Assembly (NCBI RefSeq): GCF_009914755.1
Contig: NC_060931.1
Origin: the human T2T-CHM13v2.0 reference genome, Homo sapiens
Strand: one strand, 5' to 3'
DNA: 64,000 bases
This document shows, piece after piece, positions 1 to 24,778 of the stretch. The notes beneath the pieces were generated by a model. The model saw nothing but the letters and a program-made list of their open reading frames with translations. It had not been told where the DNA came from and ran no database searches. Every line of letters begins with the position of its first letter. Positions within the stretch are counted from its first letter, which is position 1. The translations under genes were made by a program, and so were the position numbers.

Positions 1-1093
<1,093 letters not shown>

Positions 1094-1125
1094 TAAACAT
1101 CAAATATTGAAAATAAATTATTTAG

Positions 1126-1698
<573 letters not shown>

Positions 1699-1751
1699 GA
1701 AGTACAGAGTCCTCAGGCCATGTTTAGTTTGCTTTAACAATATAGAAATCA

Positions 1752-2073
1752 GGCCAGGCGCGGTGACTCACACCTGTAATCCCAGCACTTTGGGAGGCCG
1801 AGACGGGCGGATCACGAGGTCAGGAGACCGAGACCATCCTGGCTAACACGGTGAAACCCCATCTCTACTAAAAAATACAAAAAATTAGCCGGGCGCGGTG
1901 GCGGGTGCCTGTAGTCCCAGCTACTCGGGGGGAGGGGGGGAGGCGGGGCGCTGAGGCAGGAGAATGGTGCGAACCCGGGAGGCAGAGCTTGCAGTGAGCC
2001 GAGATCGCGCTACTGCAGTCCGGACTGGGTGAAAGAGCGAGACTCCGTCTCAAAAAAACAAAAACAAAAACCA
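1752..2073 (+). mobile_element. AluY-lineage element (Yh-like) with an internal G-rich insertion
   Basis: Full Alu; flanking TSD AACAATAT(AG/AA)AAATCA; non-consensus GGGGGGAGGGGGGGAGGCGGGGCG at 1927-1950. Confidence 0.85.
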
Positions 2074-2685
2074 AACAATATAAAAATCAGTATTACATTT
2101 CACTGGCGTTATGTCTAAAGTCACACACGTAGAAATTTAATGGTAATTTGAATTGCTTAATATTGCAAAAGTACTGTAAATTGCTGCAACTACTTTACGA
2201 ATTCTTCCTGCCTCCAAAACATGATTTGAAACAGGAAGGGAAGAAAATGGAAACCTGGTACTGAGAAATACTTTATTATGCAAGAATATACTGCATTCCT
2301 CCTATTCGAAAGGAAGGACCTGAGAGGTAACTTTTCTTGTTTAGTACCCAGTTGCTGCTGCTCAAATCCTCCCTGCACTTGGAAGCAGTGAGTCTCTGAT
2401 TTTGTCAGTGACATAACCCACAATTTAACCCACGAACCTCACCTCTCCAAAACGTAGGTGCTTTTGTACATGGAAATGTTACAAAATAAATTTTAACACA
2501 TTGAAAGCTAGTGTTTATCCATGTGGTCAAATTGACTTATTTTGTATAGACCTCAGAATAAAACTTGATCTCAGTCTCAAGGAATGTCCTCTAAGGCCAC
2601 AGACTGTGTGCAAGTTGTGCCATCAGCAACCCTAGGGGTCACTATTCACAGGGTAGTATATTTGATATTTTTAAATGATAATTTT

Positions 2686-2699
2686 CCAGCAGATGGCAG
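2686..2699 (+). promoter_or_regulatory. Candidate CTCF site
   Basis: CCAGCAGATGGCAG matches the core consensus CCASYAGRKGGCRS exactly. Motif only. Confidence 0.5.
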
Positions 2700-3054
2700 T
2701 AAATTGTCTGGAAGAAAGGTAACCTTTAAAAAATTCTCACAAAGGTATTATATAGGCTAGCTGCTATGTTGGATCATTCCTCTCCCCAGAGGTAATCTCT
2801 TATAAAAGTTTGAATTTGTCCTTCTAGACCATATATTCACATACATAAATATATGTACATAGAAAAATAGAAATTTTATTATTTTAAAACTTTTTGAGAG
2901 GCTTTGGCAGGAAGATCACGAGGCCAGGAGGTCGAGACCAGCCAGGGCAATGTAGTGAGATGCCACTGTCTCTACCAAAAAAAAAAAAAATTAAAAACAA
3001 AAAACAATAAGTAAATAAATAACTGAAAAAAAACTTTTAAAATATAAACAGTAG

Positions 3055-3613
3055 TGAGGCAGAATAGGGTCTGGAGGCAGGGAACCTAAGGCCGATTCAT
3101 ACTGACTTCCTAGAACTAAATCAAAAGGAAAACCCCAACTTTCAACACCTAAGTATCAAAATGACCAAACGCTACTCCCTTTGCAAACCACCCCTGTCCC
3201 CCACTTTCTGCTTGGCAGATGGAAAACTGAAAGTACCTCTGATTGGTTGCTTTGAGCAACCAATCAGATGTTTGCATAGGAGTGTAACTTTGTAATTTCA
3301 CTTTAGCCTCTGATTGGTTGCTTTCTGCAACCAATCAGCCCGATCGTGGGCCACTACTTTATTTGCATGAGGTATCCACCAAATGGCCAATGGAAAACCT
3401 CTAGAGGATGTTTGGACCCCAGAAGATCCTGCAATCAGGGCCCTTGAGTCACTGCTCCAGGTACTCCTACCCTGTGGAGTGTACTTTCATTTCCAATAAA
3501 TCTCTGCTTTCCTTGCTTAATTCTTTCCTTGCTTTGCTTTGCATTTTGTCTAATTCTCTGTTCAAAACGCCAAGAACCTGACAATTTGCAGTCAAGACCC
3601 TGCACCTTTAACA
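3055..3613 (+). mobile_element. Solo LTR, MER51 family (ERV1)
   Basis: Begins TGAGGCAGAATAGGGTCTGGAGGCAGGGAACCTAAGGCC; repeated CCAAT/ATTGG boxes; AATAAA near 3495; ends TAACA; flanked by AGTAG (3050-3054, 3614-3618). Confidence 0.85.
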
Positions 3614-3680
3614 AGTAGCGCACTATATTTTCTATCTTGCCTTTCTCAGTATGCCTTAAAGATCTTTCAATGTAACCATA

Positions 3681-4225
3681 TGTAACCCTGGAACTAGACC
3701 AATCTGGTTCAACTTTGTCAGCAACAAAATGTAACAAAATGATGAGTTGTTTCTCAGCTCCTAAGGACACCCAGGTTGCAAGTCACCTAACCTGAGTATG
3801 GCCAGAAGAATCAAGCAGGCCCAGGTCCTGACCTCAGAGCCAGCTGGAATGAAAAAACCAACCACAGGCAGAATCTAAGTGCTTTGGATCAAGCAACAGA
3901 GACCACATTAAAAAGCAAGGGTTGCCCTGTTTTGTTGGAGTATGGACTTTTCTAAAAGTTGAGGACCCAACATGACCCCATTGCATGATCTCATCAGATC
4001 ACTGCTTCTTTGCATGAACCTAATCAGGTCACACCTTTATCTCATCTTCCTATATCCTCCATTGTTCCCCTTTGCCCATAAAACCTGCCCCAGACCCCTG
4101 CTTGAGAGACAGATTTGAGAATTGCCTCCTGTCTCCTTGCCAGTCAAGTTGCAATGAAGCTTTTTCTTTTCTCAAAAGTCAATGCCATATCGGCTTCTAT
4201 GTGTGTTGAGCAGCTAGCCCTTGCT
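3681..4225 (+). mobile_element. ERV LTR (MER72/LTR47-like)
   Basis: TGTAACC..CCAATCTGGTTCAACTTT..CAGGTTGCAAGTCACCTAACCTGAGTATGGCCAG start, LTR-like TATA/polyA region. Subfamily uncertain. Confidence 0.55.
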
Positions 4226-4459
4226 AATTTTAAAATCTGATGTATGATATTCCACACTATGAATATACTATGGATTATTTAAACATTTCTGTATTGGTGA
4301 ACATTTAACTTGCTTCCAGTTTTTTGCTGTTACCAACCATGCTGCAGTGTCTACCCTTGTACATATCTTCTCAGGCACATGCGTGAGGGCTTCTGTAGGA
4401 GAGATACTAAGAGGTAGTATTGCCGGGCCATAAGGCACATATGAGTTTAGTTTTGATAG

Positions 4460-4930
4460 TGAGGTAGGAGGTGGGACTCAACTCTGGAGGAAGGGCTTGG
4501 ACACCAGACCAAATTGAGGACTAGCTTAAACAGGGCCAGGGTGGAAGCAGCTTTCCATAAGACATACCCACCGGTGTGCCATTGCAGTTTACCGTTGCTA
4601 TGGCAACATTCAGAAGTTACCTTCCCTTTCCATAGCAATGACTCGATGACCTGGAAGTTACCATGCTTTTCCTAGAAATTTCTGCATCAACTCCCCCTTA
4701 ATTTGCATGTAATTAAAAGTGGGTATAACTATGCCTGCTGAACTACCTCTGAGCTGCTATTCTGTACACACAGCCTATGGGGTAGCCCTGCTCCACAGTT
4801 GCGGTTGTACACTGCTGCTTCAATAAAAGTTGCTGTTTAACACTACCAGCTCACCCTTGAATTCTTTCCTGGGTGAAGCTAAGAACCCTCCCACGCTAAG
4901 CCGCGATTTTGGGGCTTGCCTGTCCTTTCA
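4460..4930 (+). mobile_element. Solo LTR, MER41 family (ERV1), inserted in an old L1 fragment
   Basis: TG...CA termini; 4-bp TSD ATAG (4456-4459, 4931-4934); MER41-type 3' end GAATTCTTTCCTGGGTGAAGCTAAGAACCCTCCC..GGGGCTTGCCTGTCC; AATAAA near 4822. Confidence 0.85.
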
Positions 4931-7024
<2,094 letters not shown>

Positions 7025-7069
7025 ACCCCCGCAGCATTCTTATCAAGGATAGAAAGTTGAGACTGAGAA

Positions 7070-7261
7070 ACTTCTGTACAGACCTTGTTAAAATAACTTT
7101 AACTGCTTCTGGGTCTTCATTTCCTTATGGGGGCTCCCATGCCATGTAAAACTTGTATTAAATAAACTTGCATGCTTTCATCCTGTTAATCTGTCTTACG
7201 TCAATTTAATTCTCCAGCCCAGCCTAAAAGAGGACAGAGGTGGAGTTTTGCTGCCCCTACA
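7070..7261 (+). mobile_element. 3' end of a MER4-group LTR (MER34/MER39-like)
   Basis: TAAATAAACTTGCATGCTTT..CCTGTTAATCTGTCTT..CCCCTACA terminus. Confidence 0.55.
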
Positions 7262-7389
7262 ATACCTTCAGTGCTTGTCTCTTTGTGTATATAGATATAT
7301 ATATTTGTGTATATAAATAAAATATTTATAAATATTTATTTATGTACTATACTCTATTTTCTGTATAAATATATAGAAAATATATAAAT

Positions 7390-8377
<988 letters not shown>

Positions 8378-9482
8378 TGTTTATACATTGTTGAATGCAC
8401 TCTACGTAACATTTGAATGGTTCAAAAGGATATACATTAAAAAGCAATCTTCCTCTCATGTTTGCCCTTACCTCCTTATTTCTCCTCACCAAAGTTCATC
8501 CTTTCAGAGGAATTTCATACATATACATAGGTTGGTTGTTAAAAAAAAAACTTAGTCCTATGTATGTCCATTCACAGAAAATTGTATAAATGAGTATAAG
8601 TATACTTTCTTCTGCAAAAGTTGTCATAAAGAGATTTGGATATTATGCAACCATTTATTTAGGAAAGATGAGCTGTGCACTAAAAACAACGACATCAAAA
8701 TCATGTTTATGAAGCTCTTTCCTACTCTGCTGCAGTCCTGGACTTAGTAATTTCTATCTATTATTTCGTAATGACAACCCTGTTGGATAGGTACTATTTC
8801 ACAGATAAGAAAACTGAGGCTTAGAGACATGAAGTGACTTGCCTAAAGAATTTGGGGATTAGACAGAAGCTTTTCAGCGCTGGAGCCTGAGCCTTAACCA
8901 CCGTACTCTACTACCTCCACATGGTTATAGACTATAATGCACCCAATATCCAGAACTAGTACCACGTGTACAGGTACTAAAGGCTATATGCAGAGCACTA
9001 AAGAAAACCAAACCCACCCAAGACAAAAAAAACCCAGCTTCTCCATGCAAGAAGATGGCTTCTCTACTGGTCTCTTGTTCTTTGGTTGAGTGTTGGTGCC
9101 AATTATACCATACTGCAATTTATATCAAAAGCTTAGAAATTAGATGATTGGGAATGGGTTTATGTTTGATATGCTCAGTAATGGCTAAGGTTTGTTTTGT
9201 TTTTGTCAGTTTTAATCAACCAATTTATTTTTAGTTTATAATAATAAAATAAAATTCACCATTGAAACCAATGCTTTTAAAATGCAGCTTTTTTTTTTCT
9301 TTTTTCTTTTCTTCTTTTTTTTTTTGAGACAGAGTGTCACTATGTCATCCAGGCTGAAATGCAGTGGCTGATCTCAGCTCACTGCAACCTCTGCCTCCCA
9401 GGTTCAAGTGAGTCTCTTCCCTCAGCTGCCCCAGTAGCTGGGACTACAAGTGTGCGCCACCACGCCTGGCTAATTTTTGTAG

Positions 9483-9608
<126 letters not shown>

Positions 9609-11821
9609 TAAAATGTAGCTTTTGATAATGCAAGGGCTTTTTTGTTTTTGTTTTCTCTTTCCCAGGAATGAAGTTACTTTGGTAGAGCAGAATGAGCAGG
9701 ACATCACTGCAGAGCATCCCTTGGTGGTCCTGGGGAATATTGGGCAAGGTGCCTACCTCTGCTTGGGTGTGTGCTCCTGTCAGTCGTGTAAAGCCAAATG
9801 AACATGTAGCAAGTCGTGTGGTGATAATTCCCATTATAGACACTTTAGCATTTACAGTGAGGATTGGTCTTCTTACTTGCAACTTCTGTAAGTGATAAAA
9901 TGTGAGGATGTGAGATGCCCTTAGTGCTTCAACTTTGAAACAAAAATTTCAACTACTCCTTTTTCATATGTCTGAATTGTTACCATTTGCAAATATTTCT
10001 CTGAGTAGATTGGAATCTTGTTAATATTGAGCAATCAAATAGAGGGAAAAAAATGGGATGTTGAAACTGATAGGAGAGTCCAACGATCTTTCACAAATCC
10101 CTGATTTCAAATCTTGGTGTTCAACAAAACAGTTTCCGATGGTCATTGATTTCTCTATAATTAGCAAATGCTACAAAATTGAATTCATCAGATAAACGTA
10201 TAGTAATGGAATTGTGTTTTTCTTTGTTTTATAAATGGGGTTCATTTGAAGAAAGGGTTCTGATGCTAAAGGCGTTCGAAAAACCAGTAAATTGGATCAC
10301 TGTAGAGAGGCTACTGTAGGATTCTGAGAGTTGAGAGTGTCTGCAGGAGAATAGAACACAGAAGGTGAGTTCCACCATGATCTGGCCAAGACGAAATGTA
10401 TGGATCTTGGACCTGAGTGGATCAAAGGAAGGGATTGGGTCAAAGGAAGTGCCAAAGTTAGCGTGTTTGGGGTGTTAACTGGGAGAACAGTAGTCCACTA
10501 ACAAGAATAAGGAGGTGGGTGGATGGATGAGAAGTTAAACCCTTTCGTCTTACAAACAGGTAAGGTCACTCAAAACGTTTTTCTAGTCTTTTTTGGAGAG
10601 GCGTGCATAGGTTAAATATTTTGAAAAACTATATAAGATTGATATTCAAGAGTGGTTATTTTATTCACCATTAATCTATATTTCATTCTTTTGAAGAAAC
10701 AGTAATTATAATCACAAGATCAGAAATCAAAATCCAAATTGTCATTTGTTTAGATTTTTTCTTACATCCCATTATTAGTTGCTTGATGAAAGATAAAAAC
10801 TATCTTCCCTACATTGCAAATATTTCCTGTGACAGGTTTCCCAAGAAGGCAGAACCATTCATGTAAATGTAAAGGCAAAGTGTTTTTGAACACAATGTTA
10901 TGTATATTATCAGTTAATTAAAATTTCTGAACATCAAGTCCAGGCAACTTCCATTTTTACTCTCTGTGGATTTTGCAATTTTCCCAAGAGATGGAGGAAG
11001 GACAGGGGGTGGAGGTGGCTTTCCTTAGTGTATGTAACTAAGTGCACTTAGCTTCGAGACAGGAGAGATTGGAGAAAAGGATCAAGTTATAATAATAGCT
11101 ACAATTTACTGAACACTTACTGTTGACCCAGCACAAGAGCTTTACCCGGGTTATTTCATTTAAACTCCACAACAGCCCTATGAAGCTGGTGTAGTAGTAC
11201 ATCTACCACAAATACAAGAAAGCAAAATGTTCCTCAAATGCTCCCGTTACAGCCCTAAATACAAAGAACCGAGAAGATAGTCCATAAGACACAGAATAAA
11301 ATATCTTTCCCCAGCATAAGGACATTATACCAAGAGAGGCAGAAATGATTATATATATATTTTTTCTTTTTTTTTGAGATGGAGTCTCGCTCTGTTGCCC
11401 AGGCTGGAGTGCAGTGGCGCAATCTCGGCTCACTGCAACTTCCCCCTCTAGGTTCAAGCAATTCTTCTGCCTCAGCCTCCCGAGTAGCTGGGATTACAGG
11501 TATGTGCCACCATGCCTGGTTAATTTTTTGTATTTGTAGTAGAGATGGGTTTTCACCATGTTGGCCAGGTTGGTCTTGGGACTCCTGACCTCGGGTGATC
11601 TGCCCGCCTTGGCCTCCCAAAGTGCTAGGATTACAGGCGTGAGCCACCATGCCTGGCCTGGTCATAATTGTTTATGTGGTTTGTGTGTGTGTGTACGCCT
11701 CCAAGAGTAGTTCTTGTGAACAGAAAATATTGTTTTGATGCTATTTTTAGAATATTTGATTTGTTAAAGTTACAAGTTTAAGAGTATAATTATTCCTTAG
11801 TTTTTAAAGTTTTCCTAACTC

Positions 11822-12926
11822 TGTGGAAAAAATTTTTCTTCTGCTCTCACTCCGTAGTCAACATGGAAGGCTTCTGTGACCAAAGGTGTGGAGGTTTCTC
11901 CCCACACACCAAGCAACCAGTTAATTCTGCAGCTGTCACCAGCTGGGTGTTCTCCACCACAGTTCAATTCCTCTTTTTTTTTTTTTTGAGATGGAGTCTC
12001 ACTGTTGCCCAGGCTGGAGTGCAGTGGCACAATCTTGGCTCACTGCCACCTCTGCCTCCCGAGTAGCTGGGATTACAGGCATGGGCCACCACGCCCAGCT
12101 AATTTTGTATTTTAAGTAGAGACGGGGTTTCACCATGTTGGCCAGATTGGTCTCGAACCCTTGACCTCAAGTGATCCAACCTCCTTGGCCTCCCAAAGTG
12201 CTGGGATCACAGACATGAACCACTGCGCCCGTCCCCGGTTCAATTCTGACACCACCTACCTGGAGACAGTGTCAGATCCAACAGGTTGAGGGCTCAATCC
12301 CACAAGATTGCCTCCTCCCACTTCTGATGACAATTGCAAGCTCCGCTCAGGCGGTTTTACCTGTGTTTCTGACTGATCAGCTATAAATTGGGGATCCCAT
12401 GACCCCCTCCTTAGGTTCAAATAATTTGCTAGAGTGGCTCACAGAACTGTGGGAAACAGATACATTTATCAGAAAGATGGTACAAAGGATACAGATGAAG
12501 TGATGCATAGAGCGAGGCATGGGGGAAGGGGCATGGAGCTTCCATGCCCTTCTCAGGTGGACCACCCTCCATACACCTGTAAATGTTCAGCTATCCTGAA
12601 GCTCTCTGAACCCTGTCCTCTTGTGTGTTTATGGAGGCTTCATTATGTAGGCATGATTGATTAAACCATTGTTCATTGGTGATCAACTCAATCTTCAGCC
12701 CTTCCCCACCCCACAGAAATTGCGGAATGGGGCTGGAAGTACTGACCCTCTAATCAGGGTGTGGTCTTTCCAGTGACTAGCCCCTTCCTGAAGCTACCTA
12801 GGGGCTGCCAGCCACCAGTCAACTCATTAGCATACAAAAAAAATCACTTTGGAGATTCTAAGGATTTTAAGAATTTTATACCAGGAAATGGGGATGATGA
12901 CCAAATACATATTTTACAATATCACA
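11822..12926 (-). mobile_element. MER21-family LTR interrupted by an Alu (11975-12236)
   Basis: CAATTCTGACACCACCTACCTGGAGACAGTGTCAGATCC..GAGGGCTCAATCCCACAAGA motifs and ACAATATCACA end; reverse-complement similarity to 31748-32714. Confidence 0.85.
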
Positions 12927-13748
12927 CGTGATCTTATTCCATTTATAACTCTAGCAAACTTTAACAACCAAAAAGGCATTTGATTAATGTTTGATCCCAT
13001 TAACTTAATCACCTCTAAACATTTTAAACTTCATTCGTGAATTTAATATATTTGTTTCCCTTGTAAAGGTCTTTAATTGTCTGATTAACAAGTAACTCAA
13101 CATCTAATAAATTAAATTTATAAATGTGGTAAATCTTAAATTGTAGTGAGTGTTCCAACACTTTATTAAGTTAATAAGACTATCTTCAACTCATTAGTAT
13201 CCAGCTATTAAATTACACATTTTAAAACTTAAAGTACAAGGCAAATGGTTACTCCAGTAGGCCAAGTTGTCTTACACATTAACATGCACATAGAATTCCA
13301 AATGTGCCCAGATTCCTTAAAACAAAATATTAATATTTCAGGCTTGAATCTTTCACACATCTCATACTCAATTTTCAGTCTTCTCAGGGTTAAAATGCTC
13401 ATCTATTAAGAATTTTGATGTTTGTTTTTAAAAGCAATGTTATGGTGATCTTCTCAGTAGGCAGAGTTTCTTTCTTTTTTTTTTGTTTGAGAGAGAGAGT
13501 CTCACTCTGTCACCCAGGCTGGAGTGCAGTAGCGGGATCCTGGCTCACTGCAACCTCTGCCTCCCAGTGCAAGTGATTCTCCTGTCTCAGCCTCCCAAGA
13601 AGCTGGGTTTACAGGCACGCACCACCATATCCGGCTAATTTTTGTATTTTAGTAGAGATGGGGCTTTCACCATGTTGGCCAGGCGGGTCTCAAGCTCCTG
13701 ATGATCCACCTGCCTCGGCCTCCCAAAGTGCTGGGATTACAGGCGTGA

Positions 13749-14205
<457 letters not shown>

Positions 14206-14432
14206 CAAGTTACCAGTCTTAATAGGGTCAAAATTCTAACAGATATTCAAATGACTTTCAGTAGACTCTCCAAGGGTTTGTTGCTGCTTTGTCTACAGCT
14301 GTAAAGTCATGCTCTTGACAATAAGTTCAGAAAGATTTTAATTTTACAGAATCTCTTAGGATCTTAGATACATGCTGCATTTTGTTTTCTACTCAATGTT
14401 TTTCTTTGCGGAGCATAGGGACAAGAATATAA

Positions 14433-14732
<300 letters not shown>

Positions 14733-15535
14733 TGAGCCACCACACCAGCTTAATTTGATTTTCAAAAGTGATCATGGTTGCATTCACTTGTGTGTCATGA
14801 CTTGGGTGCAATTTTAGGAAATTAAATACCAGTGATTGAGGGTTCAGCAATACAACTTCAAGATCCAAGATGTTAAGACACAACATTGTATATTTATACG
14901 TTTTGTTAGGGAGTTAATGTAGGTGTGGTGAACAGATGCGTTTTCAGGTGGGCCTGGAATGGTCCCTGGAGGATGATCAGCGACAAGCTGTATCTAATGG
15001 GAAAATTCATGCTTGAAAAATGAAATATTAGGCTATGCTTATTATTCTGTGTCATTCAGTCACTTATTAGCAGTTTAAGTGATGATTGTGGTTTCCCATG
15101 CAAACAGGTGTGGGGACCCAGCCTCAGGTGCCATTTGGGAAATGCTTTCCTCAGTCAGGTCCCTTGGCAGATCTCATTAGCTTTCCCCCCAAATGTTTTA
15201 TTGAGACATTTCAAACATAGACAAAAACTGAAATAATTTTATATAAACACCATAGCCCACCACCTAGATGCTATGAACATTCTGCCATTCTTGTTTATCA
15301 CGTTATTTATCCGTCCTCCTCCCCATCGGCAATCCTCCCCATAACTGTGGGGTCAGGGTTAGGAAGCTTAAGGTGACTCAGGTGGCGAATTCCGAAGGGT
15401 GCCGCTGGAGCACCTCCAGCCTCAACGTCCGGACTAATGGGGGCATTTCCTCCCTAACTCAATTTCAGGAAGCAGGAGGCTAGCTCTGCAGGGTGGGGGC
15501 GCACCTGGGCTGGGCTGCGCGGAGGCGGCGGAAGC

Positions 15536-15760
15536 ACTAGGCGCGGCGCCCACAGGCGGACGGCTGGCGCTGAGCGCGGGCGCGGGGCCGCTACGTGCGC
15601 GGGGAGCGCGGGGAGCGCGGGGAGCGCGGGGCTGCGCTCGTGTGCGCTCCTGGGCGCTCGCCGCCGCCGCTGCCGCCGCGCGCCTTTGAGTCAGCAAACT
15701 CCGCGGCCCGCAAGCCCGGCTCGGCCCGGCCCTGCTCTGTTCTGCCCGGAGGAGCCGCCC
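15536..15760 (+). other. SNX10: Non-coding first exon (5'UTR) of SNX10; start approximate
   Basis: Matches my recollection of the SNX10 mRNA leader (..GCGCGCCTTTGAGTCAGCAAACTCCGCGGCCCGCAAGCC..GGAGGAGCCGCCC). No ATG; ends at the donor CCC|GTAAGT (15761-15766). Confidence 0.82.
15597..15631 (+). repeat. (GCGCGGGGA)x~4 tandem repeat / G-quadruplex motif in the 5'UTR
   Basis: GGGG at 15601, 15610, 15619 and 15628, separated by identical AGCGC loops. Confidence 0.9.
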
Positions 15761-16817
15761 GTAAGTGACAAGAGACCCGCTGAGGGGGCCTCCCCTGCAC
15801 CGCCCAGGTGGGGACGGCGGCCCTTCTTTCCAGAGGCGCGGGCCCTTCCCGCTGTTCCCAGGTGCCCGCACCCTTGCGGGCTGGAAAGAGGTTTGGGTCC
15901 CTTGGGCTTGGAGCAGAGGAGCCGCCTCCTTTTCAGCCGAGGTGTGCCGGGCAGGGAGAAATGATCAGCGCGGTAGAGCGGGGAGATGGAGCGCGTCGAT
16001 CCAGGGATTCTTGGCTAAAAAGACACCCCGGGGAGAGGGTGGGGCAGAGGTGGATTCTAGATTACGGAAGAAGTGCTGTGGCACCTTACACCAGGCCGGG
16101 TAGAAGGGGGTGGGGAGGTGGTTTTTAAAATTTATTTATTTATTTTTTTATTCATTCATTAACGGGTAGCCTTGAGTTGAGGAATTGGGAGGGGTAGGCA
16201 GGTTTATTCGTGGGATTGTGGGATTGAGGGAGAAGGCCCAGGGGAAAATCCATATAATTGACTGATTATCAGATTTGGTGACCAGGAAAGCAACAGCCTG
16301 TTTTTCAGTTCCGATGCATCATACTTTTCTCAAATTACACGGATTATTGAGGGGGATCGTCACGGAATGGGGAGCAACATGTCCTGCTGAAAGGAAGGGC
16401 TTCTATCTCTACAAGACACGTTAAAAATGATGGTATCAGAAAATTAGAACGGGGAGGAGGCTTGCACATGATCTCCATCAAACCTTTCATTTTACAGACA
16501 GGGAGGCTAAGGCCGAGGGACGCTGAGTGTTGGGACCAGGATCATTCAGCCAGATGGGAGCAGAACCAGGCCTACAACCTGGCAGGCTTCTGACTTCCAC
16601 CCCGGAGTTATGTCCACCTCTGGGGCCTGGGAACTGGGTTTGGATTGCATAAGCTCCCCCTCCTCTCCCAGGAGGGGGCTGGGCTGGAGGCTGAGGCCTT
16701 CGCCAGGAAGAAGCAGGGACTGCTTGGATAGTTGACCAGCTTCTGCAGGGGCTCCTCAGTGAGAGAATGGAGGTGAGGTCAGGGACTCCTGCCTTGCCTC
16801 TGCCATCACTTCCAGTG

Positions 16818-16832
16818 ATGCCTATTCCTAAG
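16818..16832 (+). CDS. SNX10: Probable coding end (MPIPK) of an alternative first exon of SNX10
   Basis: ATG CCT ATT CCT AAG|GTAGGT, a strong phase-0 donor. Replacing the 8-aa canonical start with 5 aa gives a protein 3 aa shorter, consistent with my recollection of a shorter SNX10 isoform; unverified. Confidence 0.5.
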
Positions 16833-16836
16833 GTAG

Positions 16837-22330
<5,494 letters not shown>

Positions 22331-22347
22331 AATGTTCATTATGCATT

Positions 22348-22710
22348 ATGTTAGTCAGTTTGGGCTGCCATAACAAAATGCCATAGACTGGGTGGCTTAA
22401 ACAACAGAAGTTTATTTCTTAGGGTTTTGGAGGCTGGGAAATGCAGGCTGATTTGTTTCCTACTGAGAGTTCTCTCCCTGGCTTGCAGACAGCCGCCTTC
22501 GTGCTGCGTCCTCACATGGTGGAAAAAGAGAGAAAGAGAACAAGCTCTTGGTATCTCCGCTTGGTGTCTCACCAGTCCCATCACGAGGGCCCCACCCTTT
22601 TAACCTCATCTAAACCTAATCACCCCATCAGAGGCCCTGTTTCCAAATACCAACACACTGGGGGTTAGGGCTTTACTATATGCATTTTGGCAGGACACAA
22701 TTCAACCTAT
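22348..22710 (-). mobile_element. MLT1A-type MaLR solo LTR
   Basis: TTAGTCAGTTTGGGCTGCCATAACAAAATGCCATAGACTGGGTGGCTTAAACAACAGAA..GGACACAATTCAACCTATA. Confidence 0.88.
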
Positions 22711-22722
22711 ACTGTATATTAA

Positions 22723-24778
<2,056 letters not shown>

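Larger units (their letters stand above)
15380..16100 (+). promoter_or_regulatory. SNX10: CpG island promoter of SNX10
   Basis: The only non-Alu CpG-dense, GC-rich tract in the window. Contains GC boxes, AP-1 TGACTCA 15374-15380, kB-like GGGGCATTTCC 15440-15450 and ETS CAGGAAG near 15466. Confidence 0.88.

Noticed and set aside
12930-13460. AT-rich tract beside the MER21 LTR, possibly ERV internal sequence
   Set aside because: I could not assign a family or find gag/pol/env similarity by eye.
15434-16128. Several Arg/Ala/Pro/Gly-rich ORFs on both strands
   Set aside because: Expected in a GC-rich island where stop codons are scarce; most have non-ATG starts.
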